Shown: positions 29,301 through 35,784 of the stretch, one piece after another
Numbering within the stretch: position 1 is the first letter of the stretch
How the letters are laid out: the number at the start of each line of letters is the position of its first letter
Assembly: GCA_025350945.1 (NCBI GenBank)
Contig: JANXWW010000374.1
Location: 1-40,814 of the forward strand
DNA length: 40,814 nt
DNA from: Burkholderiales bacterium
GTDB taxonomy: Bacteria > Pseudomonadota > Gammaproteobacteria > Burkholderiales > Usitatibacteraceae
Reading direction: 5' to 3'
The notes under the pieces: generated by a model
Seen by the model: only the letters and a program-made list of their open reading frames with translations
The model's database searches: none
What the model was told of the DNA's origin: nothing
Translations under genes and position numbers: made by a program

Positions 29301-29418
29301 AGGTGCAGCGCGCATAGTGCGCACACCACAAATTACAGTCGATGGCGTAGTACAAACAGAAGCGGCCATCACGATGCATGATGATAAACATGACCATGAG
29401 GTGTCAGTGCAAATGTAG
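20311..29418 (+). CDS. ndvB: Cyclic beta-1,2-glucan synthase (NdvB/ChvB/Cgs-like; GT84 + central domain + GH94 phosphorylase module)
   Basis: The N-terminus APLRAELFSVEQMDRHGRSLA...EWLLDNFYLIEEQIR is typical of NdvB. There is a TM cluster, the GT84 motif RRHRWIRGDWQ, and a C-terminal GH94-like region (NGYGGFNASGNEYVI, TPAPWANVIAN, GSGDWNDGMN). ATG 20311 is preferred over TTG 20290. Length is 3,035 aa. Confidence 0.9.
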   Translation: MLGKLGRFKPRLYIEEAASKYVSAEAPLRAELFSVEQMDRHGRSLAASHKVVKGRGPDQLLARLIENYSVLVWTCGLLTSAVKENRRITPAGEWLLDNFYLIEEQIRTARRHFPKAYSQELPVLANGASAGLPRVYDIALEAIAHGDGRVDPESLNRFIAAYQEGADLKLGELWAIPIMLRLALIENLRRVGARVAAGMLDRNEANTWADEMILTAEEDPKSLILVIADMARSNPPMVSSFVAELARRLQGHSSALALPLTWIEQRLSETGSTIEQLVQSETQSLAANQVSISNSIGSLRFLGAMDWREFVETMSSVEHKLREDPVGVYARMDFATRDRYRHVVEKIAKKSHLSESDVARKAVQLAFLHSGQNGEAKNSRESHVGFYLIDKGLQQLERAVEVRVSTIEALRRFDQLSERFPLPLYLGAVFLLTAIAVFIFFRIGHVDGIDMGSLIVAGAVVALGASQWALSLTNWLATLLATPVLLPRMDFSAGVPAQSRTLVVVPTLLTSIAGAAALVEALEVRFLANCDDNLHFGLLTDFRDAAEEFLTEDEYLLTDIRARIDALNKKYGIENNDQFFLFHRPRRWNAEERKWMGYERKRGKLGDLNDLLRFGITEPFSLTIGNIDILRGVKFVVTLDTDTQLPRDAARQLVATMSHPLNRAEVVCPDNRGGEHKQPTQNRVLPITVGYGILQPRMAVSLPSANRSRYAQLHGSEAGIDPYTRAVSDVYQDVFQEGSFIGKGIYDVEVFEQTLKGRFPENRILSHDLLEGCYARSGLVSDIQLYEDYPSRYSADVSRRHRWIRGDWQIAAWLLSSVPADGGNREKNPLSNLSQWKIFDNLRRSLTPLAMVILFVTGWVLVPAALLWTLALLGMVFLPAVLTTSIELLRKPSDMLFGQHASEVIGAASKQCAQALFSLACLPYEALFSLDAILRTSARMLFTKRRLLEWNPASGIELAEARSAAPGEVAQLLAAMGRMWVGPALATAIAAYLVAVRPSVIWLAAPLLFIWFMAPVVVWWMSRPLAHRRPTLQPQQKIFLHALARRTWRFFERFVSPADNWLPPDNYQEHPVAVIAHRTSPTNMGLALLANLSAYDFGYITGGKLVERTANTLESMLSLQRYQGHFLNWYDTVSMQPLTPLYVSTVDSGNLCGHLLTLRSGLLAVPEQKIIGPRIFDGLFDAFENLLTASEFVSSNAVSISSAPLAAPNRSPACAQLLAQLKRDIEAACDAMPATISALHFWLEKIAKTTALLVYQATAKSTNAAEIAADDECPEQSEFSWWAAALLMQCEDAAHELAFLMPWININAITNALTDATTGTTNSALGLDTKLVSTMRSIPTLCDLAKLHNSILSMHENSNLQPGSTARDEFFSVLLPLIELASVRAATRIQTLEKLSNQVGELASVDYSFLYDATQKLMTVGYNLDQHRSDTGRYDLLASEARLASFVAIAQGKIPQESWFALGRNLTSVGGDAILLSWSGSMFEYLMPMLVMPAFENTLLDQTCLSAVKRQISYGNLRGIPWGISESGYNTVDANLNYQYRAFGVPGLGLKRGLSEDLVIAPYASALALMVMPEAACENLERMRDDGLLGDYGMYEAVDFTPSRLPRGQSSAVIRSFMAHHQGMSLLSLAYLLLNRPMQKRFESDPQFQATMLLLQERIPVATSFHVHAPDLSDIRAAAIGPEMPMRVLRSPHTPTPEVQLLSNGRYHVMVTNAGGGYSRWKEFGVTRWHEDGTRDNWGAFCYICDVASGKFWSTSHQPTLTETDGYEAIFSEGRVEFRRRDHGYETHTEIVVSPEDDIELRRTRITNRSRTRRTIEITSYAEVVLAVPAADALHPAFSNLFVQTEIVADRHAILCTRRPRATNEQVPWMLHLMAVHNAEVVHVSYETDRMRFIGRTRSIDAPQAMMASGALSGTQGSVLDPIVSIRYRITIEAEQTATIDVVSGMAETRDVAYALSGKYRDRHLADRVFDLAWTHSWVNLRQINATESDAQLYGRLAGAIIYANPGLRADASVLMRNRRGQSGLWGYAISGDLPIVLLQISDMANIELVRQLVQAHAYWRLKGLAVDLVIWNEDHAGYRQLLHEQIMGLIAAGVEANLTDRPGGIFVRAAEQISVEDRILFQTVARVIIGDTRGTLAEQINRRSANDRIKDKSKDKAKDARDRDSYPPRLIPIQLPSPPKRASAPTGVVDHDLQLFNGYGGFNASGNEYVIATFAAASTTETTIETAIDTAINSAINSAGHAAKRNHSAKITPAPWANVIANAHFGSVISEAGAAYTWSENAHEFRLTPWGDDPVTDISGEAFYIRDEESGEFFSPTPLPAGGTNAYTTRHGFGYSVFEYDENGIGCELTVHIDLDAPIKFSTLKIRNHSGRARQLSATGFVEWVLGDMRAKSAMHIVTEIEPATGAICARNAYSTEFGNRIVFFDAADATGQANVTFTAERNEFLGRNGTLKNPAAMGRIRLSNKVGAGLDPCAAMHVPFELADGEEREIVFRLGSAGRHGADDSSAAIQRLRGTDDARKSLQRVRDYWTNTLSAVQVETPDVALNILANGWLLYQTLACRLWARSGYYQSGGAFGFRDQLQDTMALIHHEPRLAREHLIRSAARQFVDGDVQHWWHPPSGRGVRTRCSDDFLWLAQASCRYVLGTGDTGVLNESIHFLEGRPVNPEDDSYYDLPSRSETKGTLYQHCVRAIERGLSFGEHGLPLMGSGDWNDGMNLVGIGGKGESVWLGFFLYDTMIRFVPLARAHGDGAFANRCQIESEKLRRNLDLHAWDGGWYRRAYFDDGTPLGSSMNAECQIDSIAQSWSVLSAAGEVERSRTAMDALSERLVRRDDALIQLLDPPFDKSELNPGYIKGYVPGVRENGGQYTHGAIWAAMAFAKLGDNTRAWDLFNMINPVNHAKSAEDVAIYKVEPYVIAADVYGVAPHTGRGGWTWYTGSAGWMYRLILESLLGVRVEANKLRLAPCLPADWKSFKIRYRYRETFYSISVISPARPEGAARIVRTPQITVDGVVQTEAAITMHDDKHDHEVSVQM
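26971..27030. repeat. In-frame degenerate 12-nt tandem repeat x5 inside the glucan synthase gene
   Basis: ACCGAGACAACA, ATTGAGACAGCA, ATCGACACAGCG, ATCAATTCAGCG, ATCAATTCAGCT, encoding TETT-IETA-IDTA-INSA-INSA. Confidence 0.85.
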
Positions 29419-29709
29419 GCGATGTAAGAATTCGCCGACACCAAAAGCGGGAATCATCCGGCCTTTTTCATGTGGCTCGTACGAAATAATGAAACAGTCA
29501 AATTTGAATTACAGGCCATCATGAAAGCGACGACCGTATTTAATCAGCATGAACTCACCGCGACCTCTGTGCCAAGGATAAATCGCATCTCTCCCGGCGC
29601 GAGTTGCATCCCGCCGGTGACACGAGTTCAGCCGCGTTTACATGTGGTTGCTAAGGTCAACAGCAACGATAACGCCTACACGCACCTTGCAGCCGTCTCC
29701 CCGCTCGCT

Positions 29710-30570
29710 ATGGCCAGACGCGAGATGCCGATGGTAAATTCGCCTTTGCAGAATCGCCTTTTATCCTGCCTGCCACCTGCCGATCTGCAAAGACTGCTGC
29801 CGGATCTGGAACTGGTCGAGATGGAGCTAGGCGATGCGCTTTATGAATCAGGTGGAAGAATGCAGTATGTTTTTTTCCCCACCACATCGATTGTTTCGCT
29901 GTTTTACGTGCTAGAAGACGGTGCTTCGACTGAAATCGCGGCCGTGGGTAATGAGGGCATTCTCGGTATCGCAACTTTTATGGGAGGCGACTCTACACCC
30001 AGCCGCGCAGTAGTGCAAAGCGCAGGCTTTGGTTACAGACTGAAAGTACCATCCCTCAAACGCGAGTTTGAACGCGCTGGCCCGATGTTCCGTCTGTTGC
30101 TGCGCTACACCCAGGCATTGATGACGCAGATGACACAAATGGCGGTTTGTAATCGCCACCATTCGCTGGAGCAGCACCTATGTCGTCGCCTACTATTCAG
30201 CCTGGATCGCCTGCCTAACGATTCGCTGATCATGACCCAGGAATTAATCGCCAACATGCTGGGTGTGCGTCGCGAAGGGGTGACCACCGCCGCCGGAAAT
30301 TTGCAACGCGCGGGACTGATTCGCTACAGCCGTGGACGCATTGACATTCTAGATAGAGATGGCCTCGAGGATGCGGTGTGTGAGTGTTACGCCGTCGTCA
30401 AATTGGAATTTAATCGCCTGCTTTCAGACAATTGCCAGAGCGATCCTTTCCATGCGCTTCGCGAACCAGAGCACGAGTTTCAACCTGATGCCGTTATCAT
30501 ATTCGCCGGACAAATAAACAGCGAACGTAATCAACCAGGTATTTCGTATTCTACTCACGGCGGACAGTGA
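29710..30570 (+). CDS. Crp/Fnr-family transcriptional regulator
   Basis: cNMP-binding-like N-domain (LLSCLPPADLQRLLPDLELVEMELGDALYESGGRMQYVFFP) and C-terminal HTH (QELIANMLGVRREGVTTAAGNLQRAGLI.YSRGRI.ILD). The ORF is open from 29470, but the first 80 codons do not look family-like. ATGs lie at 29710, 29725 and 29731. There is a ~50-aa tail after the HTH. Confidence 0.8.
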   Translation: MARREMPMVNSPLQNRLLSCLPPADLQRLLPDLELVEMELGDALYESGGRMQYVFFPTTSIVSLFYVLEDGASTEIAAVGNEGILGIATFMGGDSTPSRAVVQSAGFGYRLKVPSLKREFERAGPMFRLLLRYTQALMTQMTQMAVCNRHHSLEQHLCRRLLFSLDRLPNDSLIMTQELIANMLGVRREGVTTAAGNLQRAGLIRYSRGRIDILDRDGLEDAVCECYAVVKLEFNRLLSDNCQSDPFHALREPEHEFQPDAVIIFAGQINSERNQPGISYSTHGGQ

Positions 30571-30646
30571 AAACAGGTTGCGTGCGAAGTTGAAAGTGAA
30601 GTGAAGTGAAGTTGTCATGTGGTACTTTTTAACAAACTGTCAGGAG

Positions 30647-30832
30647 ATGATGATGAATAAAGATCAAGTTAAAGGCCGTGTTAAACAAGCTGAAGGCAAA
30701 GTAAAAGAAGTTGCTGGTAAGCTGGTGGGTAATGATCGTTTGCAGGCGAAAGGCAAAATTGAAAATGCGGTCGGTACGGCGCAAGCGGGAATGGGCGATT
30801 TGAAATCCGACCTCAAAAAGAAAATGAAATAA
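30647..30832 (+). CDS. CsbD-family stress protein
   Basis: NKDQVKGRVKQAEGKVKEVAGKLVGNDRLQAKGKIENAVGTAQAGMGDLK is a canonical CsbD repeat. CAGGAG lies at 30641-30646. The start is one of three consecutive ATGs (30647, 30650, 30653). Confidence 0.85.
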   Translation: MMMNKDQVKGRVKQAEGKVKEVAGKLVGNDRLQAKGKIENAVGTAQAGMGDLKSDLKKKMK

Positions 30833-31004
30833 TTATTTTCTATTGATGCGGTCATTCAGTAATATTGGCGTAAAGCCCCCCTGGTTGGCCTCCTCGTCGC
30901 AAAAGGGAGGCCGCTAATAGCCGTACTATGGTGTTGAGGTTGTGTTCACACCGTAAATGGAAAACGGTTTACGCATCGGCTTTTCACGGTGCATTAATCG
31001 GCAT

Positions 31005-31043
31005 AAAAAATGGATGAGCACATTGTGCCCATCCATTTTTTTT
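31005..31043. terminator. Bidirectional intrinsic terminator
   Basis: Stem 31011-31021 pairs with 31025-35 (11 bp, 1 mismatch, loop ATT). It is flanked by A6 upstream and T8 (31036-31043) downstream. It lies between the convergent CsbD and GSP26-like genes. Confidence 0.7.
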
Positions 31044-31091
31044 ATCACCAGGTTATGTAAAGATTATTTGCTGGGAATGACGCACCAGTCT

Positions 31092-31604
31092 TTAACTATT
31101 CCTTAAATTAATTTCGCCTGTATCCACATTCAGAGTAGGAGTTTTGCCGGTGAATGCAGCTTTAGCCATCTCGTAAAGCTGGACAATCTTGCTCGATTTC
31201 ACGTCCCAATAATGCGCGTGAATAATGTTGACTTGCACCAAAGCCAGATCCGGATCGGTGACGCCGCCAGGAAACCATGCTTCTGCAAACTTGTTCCACA
31301 AGGCCGTTTTTTGCGCCATGTCATCAACGATTTTTGCTTCGCCCGATACTGAGACATACATATCATCCCCTGGATCTGAATACGCAATATTGACACGATC
31401 ATCGGCCTCAATATCGGCCACCGGATCGCTTTTTCGCGACATAAAAAACCAGAGCGAACCTTTACTTCCGAGAGTTTTATTTTGCGTGGTCATGGGGCGC
31501 GAGTGCAAGTGACCGTTATTGTGACGCGTAGTGAACATGCCAAAGCGAATGTCCTTGATTAGTCGCCATAGCGTTTCATGCGGAGGCTGGTTGTTTTCAC
31601 TCAT
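31092..31604 (-). CDS. Pyridoxamine-5'-phosphate-oxidase-fold protein, general stress protein 26-like
   Basis: 170 aa. LWRLIKDIRFGMFTT...GHLHSRPMT...LWFFMSRKSDPVADIEADDRVNIAYSDP...YVSVSG.A.IV.D fits the COG3871-type pattern. AGGAG RBS. Confidence 0.75.
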   Translation of the reverse strand: MSENNQPPHETLWRLIKDIRFGMFTTRHNNGHLHSRPMTTQNKTLGSKGSLWFFMSRKSDPVADIEADDRVNIAYSDPGDDMYVSVSGEAKIVDDMAQKTALWNKFAEAWFPGGVTDPDLALVQVNIIHAHYWDVKSSKIVQLYEMAKAAFTGKTPTLNVDTGEINLRNS

Positions 31605-32037
31605 GATGTTTCTCCTTTAAAACATCAGCATGCCAAGCAACGCGGATTGATCGTGTCAGTGCAAGGCCGATGAGCGTGTAGGAAGATCGTGTTATGAGGC
31701 GCGATAATTTTTTGCTTATCTTTAAATTTGTCGTCCCGAACCCAGCCTCATCGGGTGAGGATCTGTTTTTTTGTGGCGCTACGAAAAAGCAGACCCCTCA
31801 CGTGAAGTCGCCCGGCATGACGGATAGAAAGAGCGTTTATGGGCGGGCATTGTGGGCCATAAATGCCTCAAACAGCCCGTCAATAGTAGGGTTTATAAAT
31901 TTTCTTGTCAGCCCGCCTCATCAAACCTAGATCAGTCCTGTCAGCCAATTCCTACGAATTTTTTCGTTGAACGTTGACAGGTTAAATCGCTTAAAACACA
32001 TATTCTTAAGGTGACGATAACAACACAGGAGCAGCAA

Positions 32038-32664
32038 GTGGATCATATTATTGCGGGCAGATTTGCCACGAAAGACGAGGCGGACGTTGCCGCAGCAACG
32101 CTTGCCGAATTAGTCGCGGAAAACGATTTCTGCGTGTTTCACAATAGTCCACCAGGGCAACATGGTGTGTCTATTTTTGGCGAGGATGAGGTCAAACGTC
32201 ATCATGAGCTCGTGTTAAAAAACGCAGTTCACACATCAGATACCAGCGAGACTGTAGTCAGCGAACAGCAAGATAAGGCGGAAACTTCCGCGCTGGCCAC
32301 AGCAGCAGCGGCAGGTGCAGCTGCGGGCCTGGTCGCGGTAGTGGCGGGGCCAGTTGCGGCACTGGCCGCTGCGGGCGTTGCTGCTTACACTGGCTCGCTG
32401 GCCGGCGCATTGCAAGGCTCTGGCGATTCAACTGAATCAGACAATGCACATTCATCTCACGCGGGGCATCATGCCCAATCCACGATGCGCCTGGGTGGTG
32501 TCATGCTGGCTGTGCATGTTGCGAAGCGGGGCGGTGAAGTAGAGGTGATTCGTTTGCTGCGCGCAGCAGGCGCGAAAGATATTGAAGAAGCTGAAGGCAT
32601 TTGGGGAGATGCGGACTGGGTTGACTTTGACCCGTTGGGATCGCCAAATTTAGTCAGGATTTAA
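32038..32664 (+). CDS. Hypothetical protein with a central Ala/Gly-rich hydrophobic segment
   Basis: The ORF is open from GTG 32011. AGGAG at 32027-32031 favours GTG 32038. The central AAAAGAAAGLVAVVAGPVAALAAAGVAAYTGSLAGAL is glycine-zipper-like. No family was recognised with confidence. Confidence 0.5.
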   Translation: MDHIIAGRFATKDEADVAAATLAELVAENDFCVFHNSPPGQHGVSIFGEDEVKRHHELVLKNAVHTSDTSETVVSEQQDKAETSALATAAAAGAAAGLVAVVAGPVAALAAAGVAAYTGSLAGALQGSGDSTESDNAHSSHAGHHAQSTMRLGGVMLAVHVAKRGGEVEVIRLLRAAGAKDIEEAEGIWGDADWVDFDPLGSPNLVRI

Positions 32665-32685
32665 AGTCAACAGTCGCAAGCACGT

Positions 32686-33588
32686 TTATTGTTGGCGTTG
32701 ATGCTGTGTGCGTTTCATGTGAAGATATTCGCCCAGATTAACTTCATGAAGCTGCCGCGGATAACGCTCGGATGCCTGGAACCAATCACCGATGCGTTTT
32801 TCAAACTGCATCGACTCCGGCATGCGCATGGCACCCAAATATGCTTCAACCGCCAGGTGATATCGCATCGTATTTCGCTCCACCAGGCCGAGTAATCCTT
32901 CAACATAAATCGGCTCGCCATTCGATTGTTTACTAGTGACGGTAAAGCCGACTTTATCGCGTCCAATCGTATTTAAATATGCCTTCATCAAAAATTTTGC
33001 TGTGGAGCCGAATTCGTAGCAGTACGACAAATGAATGAAAGTGTTGCCGTTTTCGGTTGGTGCAGCGTCAAGCACGATATGGTAATTTCGCGTGTTGAAA
33101 GGGCCGGCATCGGCAGCCAAATCAACCGCCAAAAAATCCGTCTTACGCTCCCTTGTTTTCCGGATCAGTGCAACGCGATAAGCTGACTCGGGTGCTTGTT
33201 CCATCTTTTTACCCACTGTTATCAAAAGTGTCGGTGAGTTGATGGAGCCGTCTGCACCCGGTTTAAGCGCGCAGGATTTAGTGTTCAAGTGCAAAATCAA
33301 AATATCACACCAGACTTGTGGAGAACCCAGTGCTGCACTCACCGTTTTAAAAGTGTGATTAATTTCCGCATAAACTTCGCCCTTGATATCGTCAGCCGAT
33401 TGGCGGGATTCGATAATGAGCGGCACTTTGAATGGGCTGTTTGCCATTCGCATGCGTCGCGATTCGCGCAACTGCATTAACGCAACCGCACCTGACGATT
33501 GTGCGCCTGCCGAATCGTTTGCTAGTGAGGCAACGCCCGGTAGCGCACACACAACGCTTGTCACCAATAAAAATAATATTGCCTTCAT
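32686..33588 (-). CDS. Secreted hypothetical protein (~300 aa)
   Basis: MKAILFLLVTSVVCALPGVASLA is a signal peptide. ATG 33588 forms an ATGA overlap with the stop of the upstream PLD remnant. Composition is protein-like throughout. No family was recognised. Confidence 0.6.
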   Translation of the reverse strand: MKAILFLLVTSVVCALPGVASLANDSAGAQSSGAVALMQLRESRRMRMANSPFKVPLIIESRQSADDIKGEVYAEINHTFKTVSAALGSPQVWCDILILHLNTKSCALKPGADGSINSPTLLITVGKKMEQAPESAYRVALIRKTRERKTDFLAVDLAADAGPFNTRNYHIVLDAAPTENGNTFIHLSYCYEFGSTAKFLMKAYLNTIGRDKVGFTVTSKQSNGEPIYVEGLLGLVERNTMRYHLAVEAYLGAMRMPESMQFEKRIGDWFQASERYPRQLHEVNLGEYLHMKRTQHQRQQ

Positions 33589-34600
33589 AACCAGTAAGCC
33601 CATATTCTTGCCGCGCCTTCTTTTATGCGCAGAGTTAGCAGGCGTGCCCGCCATTCTTCCAGCGTGATTTGTTGTGATGCAGCCAAATCTTTGTCAAACA
33701 TGCTTTGCATTTGCTGCCCGAATCCCAATCCCAATCCCAATCCCAATCCCAACACCACTGCGCTCACTTCATCGTTATGCAGGAAGCTCCGCCAACTCAG
33801 ATTGCTTGATCGCCCGCTCGACCACACGCTATCGATAAATACGGTCTTTGCGTGCAGCAATTTATCGTGACGCTCGTAGATTTCAATGCCGCTTTCCAGT
33901 ATGCGCATGTAATGCGAGCGGCCCGCATGAAATACCAGCGCGGAATCAGTGTGACCCGGCAAAATAATCTTTACCGCCACACCTCTCTGCTTATTCCATG
34001 TCGATATAAACATCCGTTGGAAACTCACTACAATCGGGCCATCTATCTGCATATGGGTGTCCCTCCACGGAATTTTTTCACTCTCTGACTCGGGTGGCCT
34101 GCGGCGGCCGGATGATCCACCGGAATACACGGTGGTTATATTGATGCCGCCTAAAAACACCGTCTTGCCATCCATGATCAATAATTTCCGATGATCGCGC
34201 TAGTTGATTTGCCAACCCTTTTTAGCTGTTAGTGGATTCACCGGATTAAATTCCAGCACATTCACACCCGCCTCGATCAACGGAGAGAAAAACGTTCGCG
34301 GTGTGTTGATCGAACCAACACTGTCGTAGATCAAATTCACCCGGACGCCCGCGCGTTGCCTGCTAATCAGCGCATCACAAATGCGCGACCCACTTCATCG
34401 TTTTCTATGATGTAAGTCTCCATATGTAGGAAATAGCTGACAGAGCGTTACCAATTCCGCCGATTTCGCGCGTAGCGCGCAAAATTTATTATTCCTTATC
34501 AATAAATCAGCGAATATTTCTACCGCTATGTGAAAGGACTCAAACATGATTTTGCACGTAATCAAACGAAATTTGGCGTTGCTCAATGTCGGTGAACGCC
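33585..34600 (-). pseudogene. Degraded phospholipase-D/cardiolipin-synthase (ClsB-like) gene
   Basis: On the minus strand the sequence reads ...DALISRQRAGVRVNLIYDSVGS...KKGWQIN-TAG-RDHRKLLIMDGKTVFLGGINI, so an in-frame TAG at 34200-34202 sits just before HKD motif 1. The frame shifts near 34376-34380 (ENDEVGRAF | DALIS), and there is at least one more disruption near 34450. HKD2 (HAKTVFIDSVWSSGRSSN) lies only ~115 aa after HKD1. The 5' limit is approximate. Confidence 0.7.
33721..33750. repeat. Hexanucleotide microsatellite AATCCC x5 (degenerate units extend it to 33715-33756)
   Basis: Read directly. Encodes GLGLGLGLG in the PLD remnant on the minus strand. Confidence 0.95.
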
Positions 34601-34823
34601 AATATTCTAACTTTATCGGTGGCGTGCAATCTCACACCAATCATGACAATAACGATCGGGCTGCAATGCGAAAACGTATACAGGTTGCTTACAAAATTTC
34701 AGCGCTGGAAGCAGAGGGGCAAATAGCTGCCGCCGAAAGCCGCCGCCAGAAATTAACATTAAATCGAACAGCAGGTTTATTTTTTTGGTTGCGGTAGTCA
34801 CGTTGAAGCGCACAATATTTAAT

Positions 34824-35741
34824 TTAAATTTTTGGTATGACGGTAGCTAAATCACCCGATGTGTACTGCGCTTCGAACGAATCTCGCATCGAACCGTATG
34901 TGCGAGCATAAACCCACGTGAATTCAGCGCCGATTAAAAATATTTGCGCAGAATAATAAACCCAGACCAAAATAACGACGATAGAACCCGCCGCACCATA
35001 TACAGACGCAATGCCGCTGGTGCCGATATAAAGACCGATAAGATATTTGCCAATCGTAAATAATAATGATGTGACCAGCGCGCCAATCCAGACATCTTTC
35101 CAGCGCACTTGCGCGCGCGGCATTAGTTTATAAATCATCGCAAAAATGATGGTGGATAGAATAAAACCGAAGGCAATATTTACAATCTGCGCGAGCGTTT
35201 CAAAGTTTTGAAAAATGGGGCCCCACCACTTGCTAGCTGCGCTTACTGCAGCGCCTGCAACGAGCGATACCATCAACAGAAATGCAAAACCTAAAATCAA
35301 ACCTAAAGAAAGCAGCCGCGCTCGCAAAATTTTCCACACGCCGCCGCTATTGACCCGTGCGGGTGCGCGCCAAATTCGATCCAGTGCATTTTGCAATTCG
35401 CCAAAAACGCTGGTCGCACCAATCAGCAGAAAAGCAAAGCCGATCATGTTTGCGCTTAGACTCTGGCCCGGTTTGTCGAGCGTGGCTAATAGCGATTCGA
35501 GTGTCTTGGCTGCTTCGTCGCCAATCAAGCCGTGCAATTGTCCGAATAGTTCGCCTCGCGCCGCCTCCGCGCCAAACACAAAGCCTGCTACAGACATGAC
35601 GATCAAAAGCAGTGGACCCATCGAAAATAATGTGTAGTACGACAAAGCCGCGCCCATAGTCGGCGCGGCATCGTCGATCCAGGATCGAAGCACTTGCGAG
35701 ACGAGATTTAATGCCTGCGTTGAACGTTCTCTGGCATCCAT
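34824..35741 (-). CDS. YihY/BrkB-family membrane protein
   Basis: The AALSYYTLFSMGPLLLIVMSVAGFVFG motif plus six TM segments. The start is set at MDARERS (ATG 35741). The longer ORF to 35831 would overlap the upstream gene. Confidence 0.8.
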   Translation of the reverse strand: MDARERSTQALNLVSQVLRSWIDDAAPTMGAALSYYTLFSMGPLLLIVMSVAGFVFGAEAARGELFGQLHGLIGDEAAKTLESLLATLDKPGQSLSANMIGFAFLLIGATSVFGELQNALDRIWRAPARVNSGGVWKILRARLLSLGLILGFAFLLMVSLVAGAAVSAASKWWGPIFQNFETLAQIVNIAFGFILSTIIFAMIYKLMPRAQVRWKDVWIGALVTSLLFTIGKYLIGLYIGTSGIASVYGAAGSIVVILVWVYYSAQIFLIGAEFTWVYARTYGSMRDSFEAQYTSGDLATVIPKI

Positions 35742-35784
35742 CACAACACGTTCGTTCTGCCCAACACAGGCGGGATTATTGCCC

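Noticed and set aside
29470-29709. An 80-codon N-terminal extension of the Crp/Fnr ORF.
   Set aside because: The cNMP-binding-like domain begins right after the ATG cluster at 29710-29731. The upstream part has no family-like features, so the region is treated as a 290-nt leader or intergenic region.
31694-31930. A 78-aa ORF in the 400-nt gap between the GSP26-like gene and the Ala/Gly-zipper protein gene.
   Set aside because: It has no RBS and odd composition. A weak 5-bp hairpin plus a T7 tract lies inside it (about 31748-31776), which argues against translation. Evidence was insufficient to call either a CDS or an sRNA.
34546-34797. An 83-aa plus-strand ORF, and the 66-aa minus-strand ORF at 34613-34813.
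   Set aside because: They overlap each other and the probable 5' remnant of the PLD pseudogene. Neither has an RBS or a recognisable domain.
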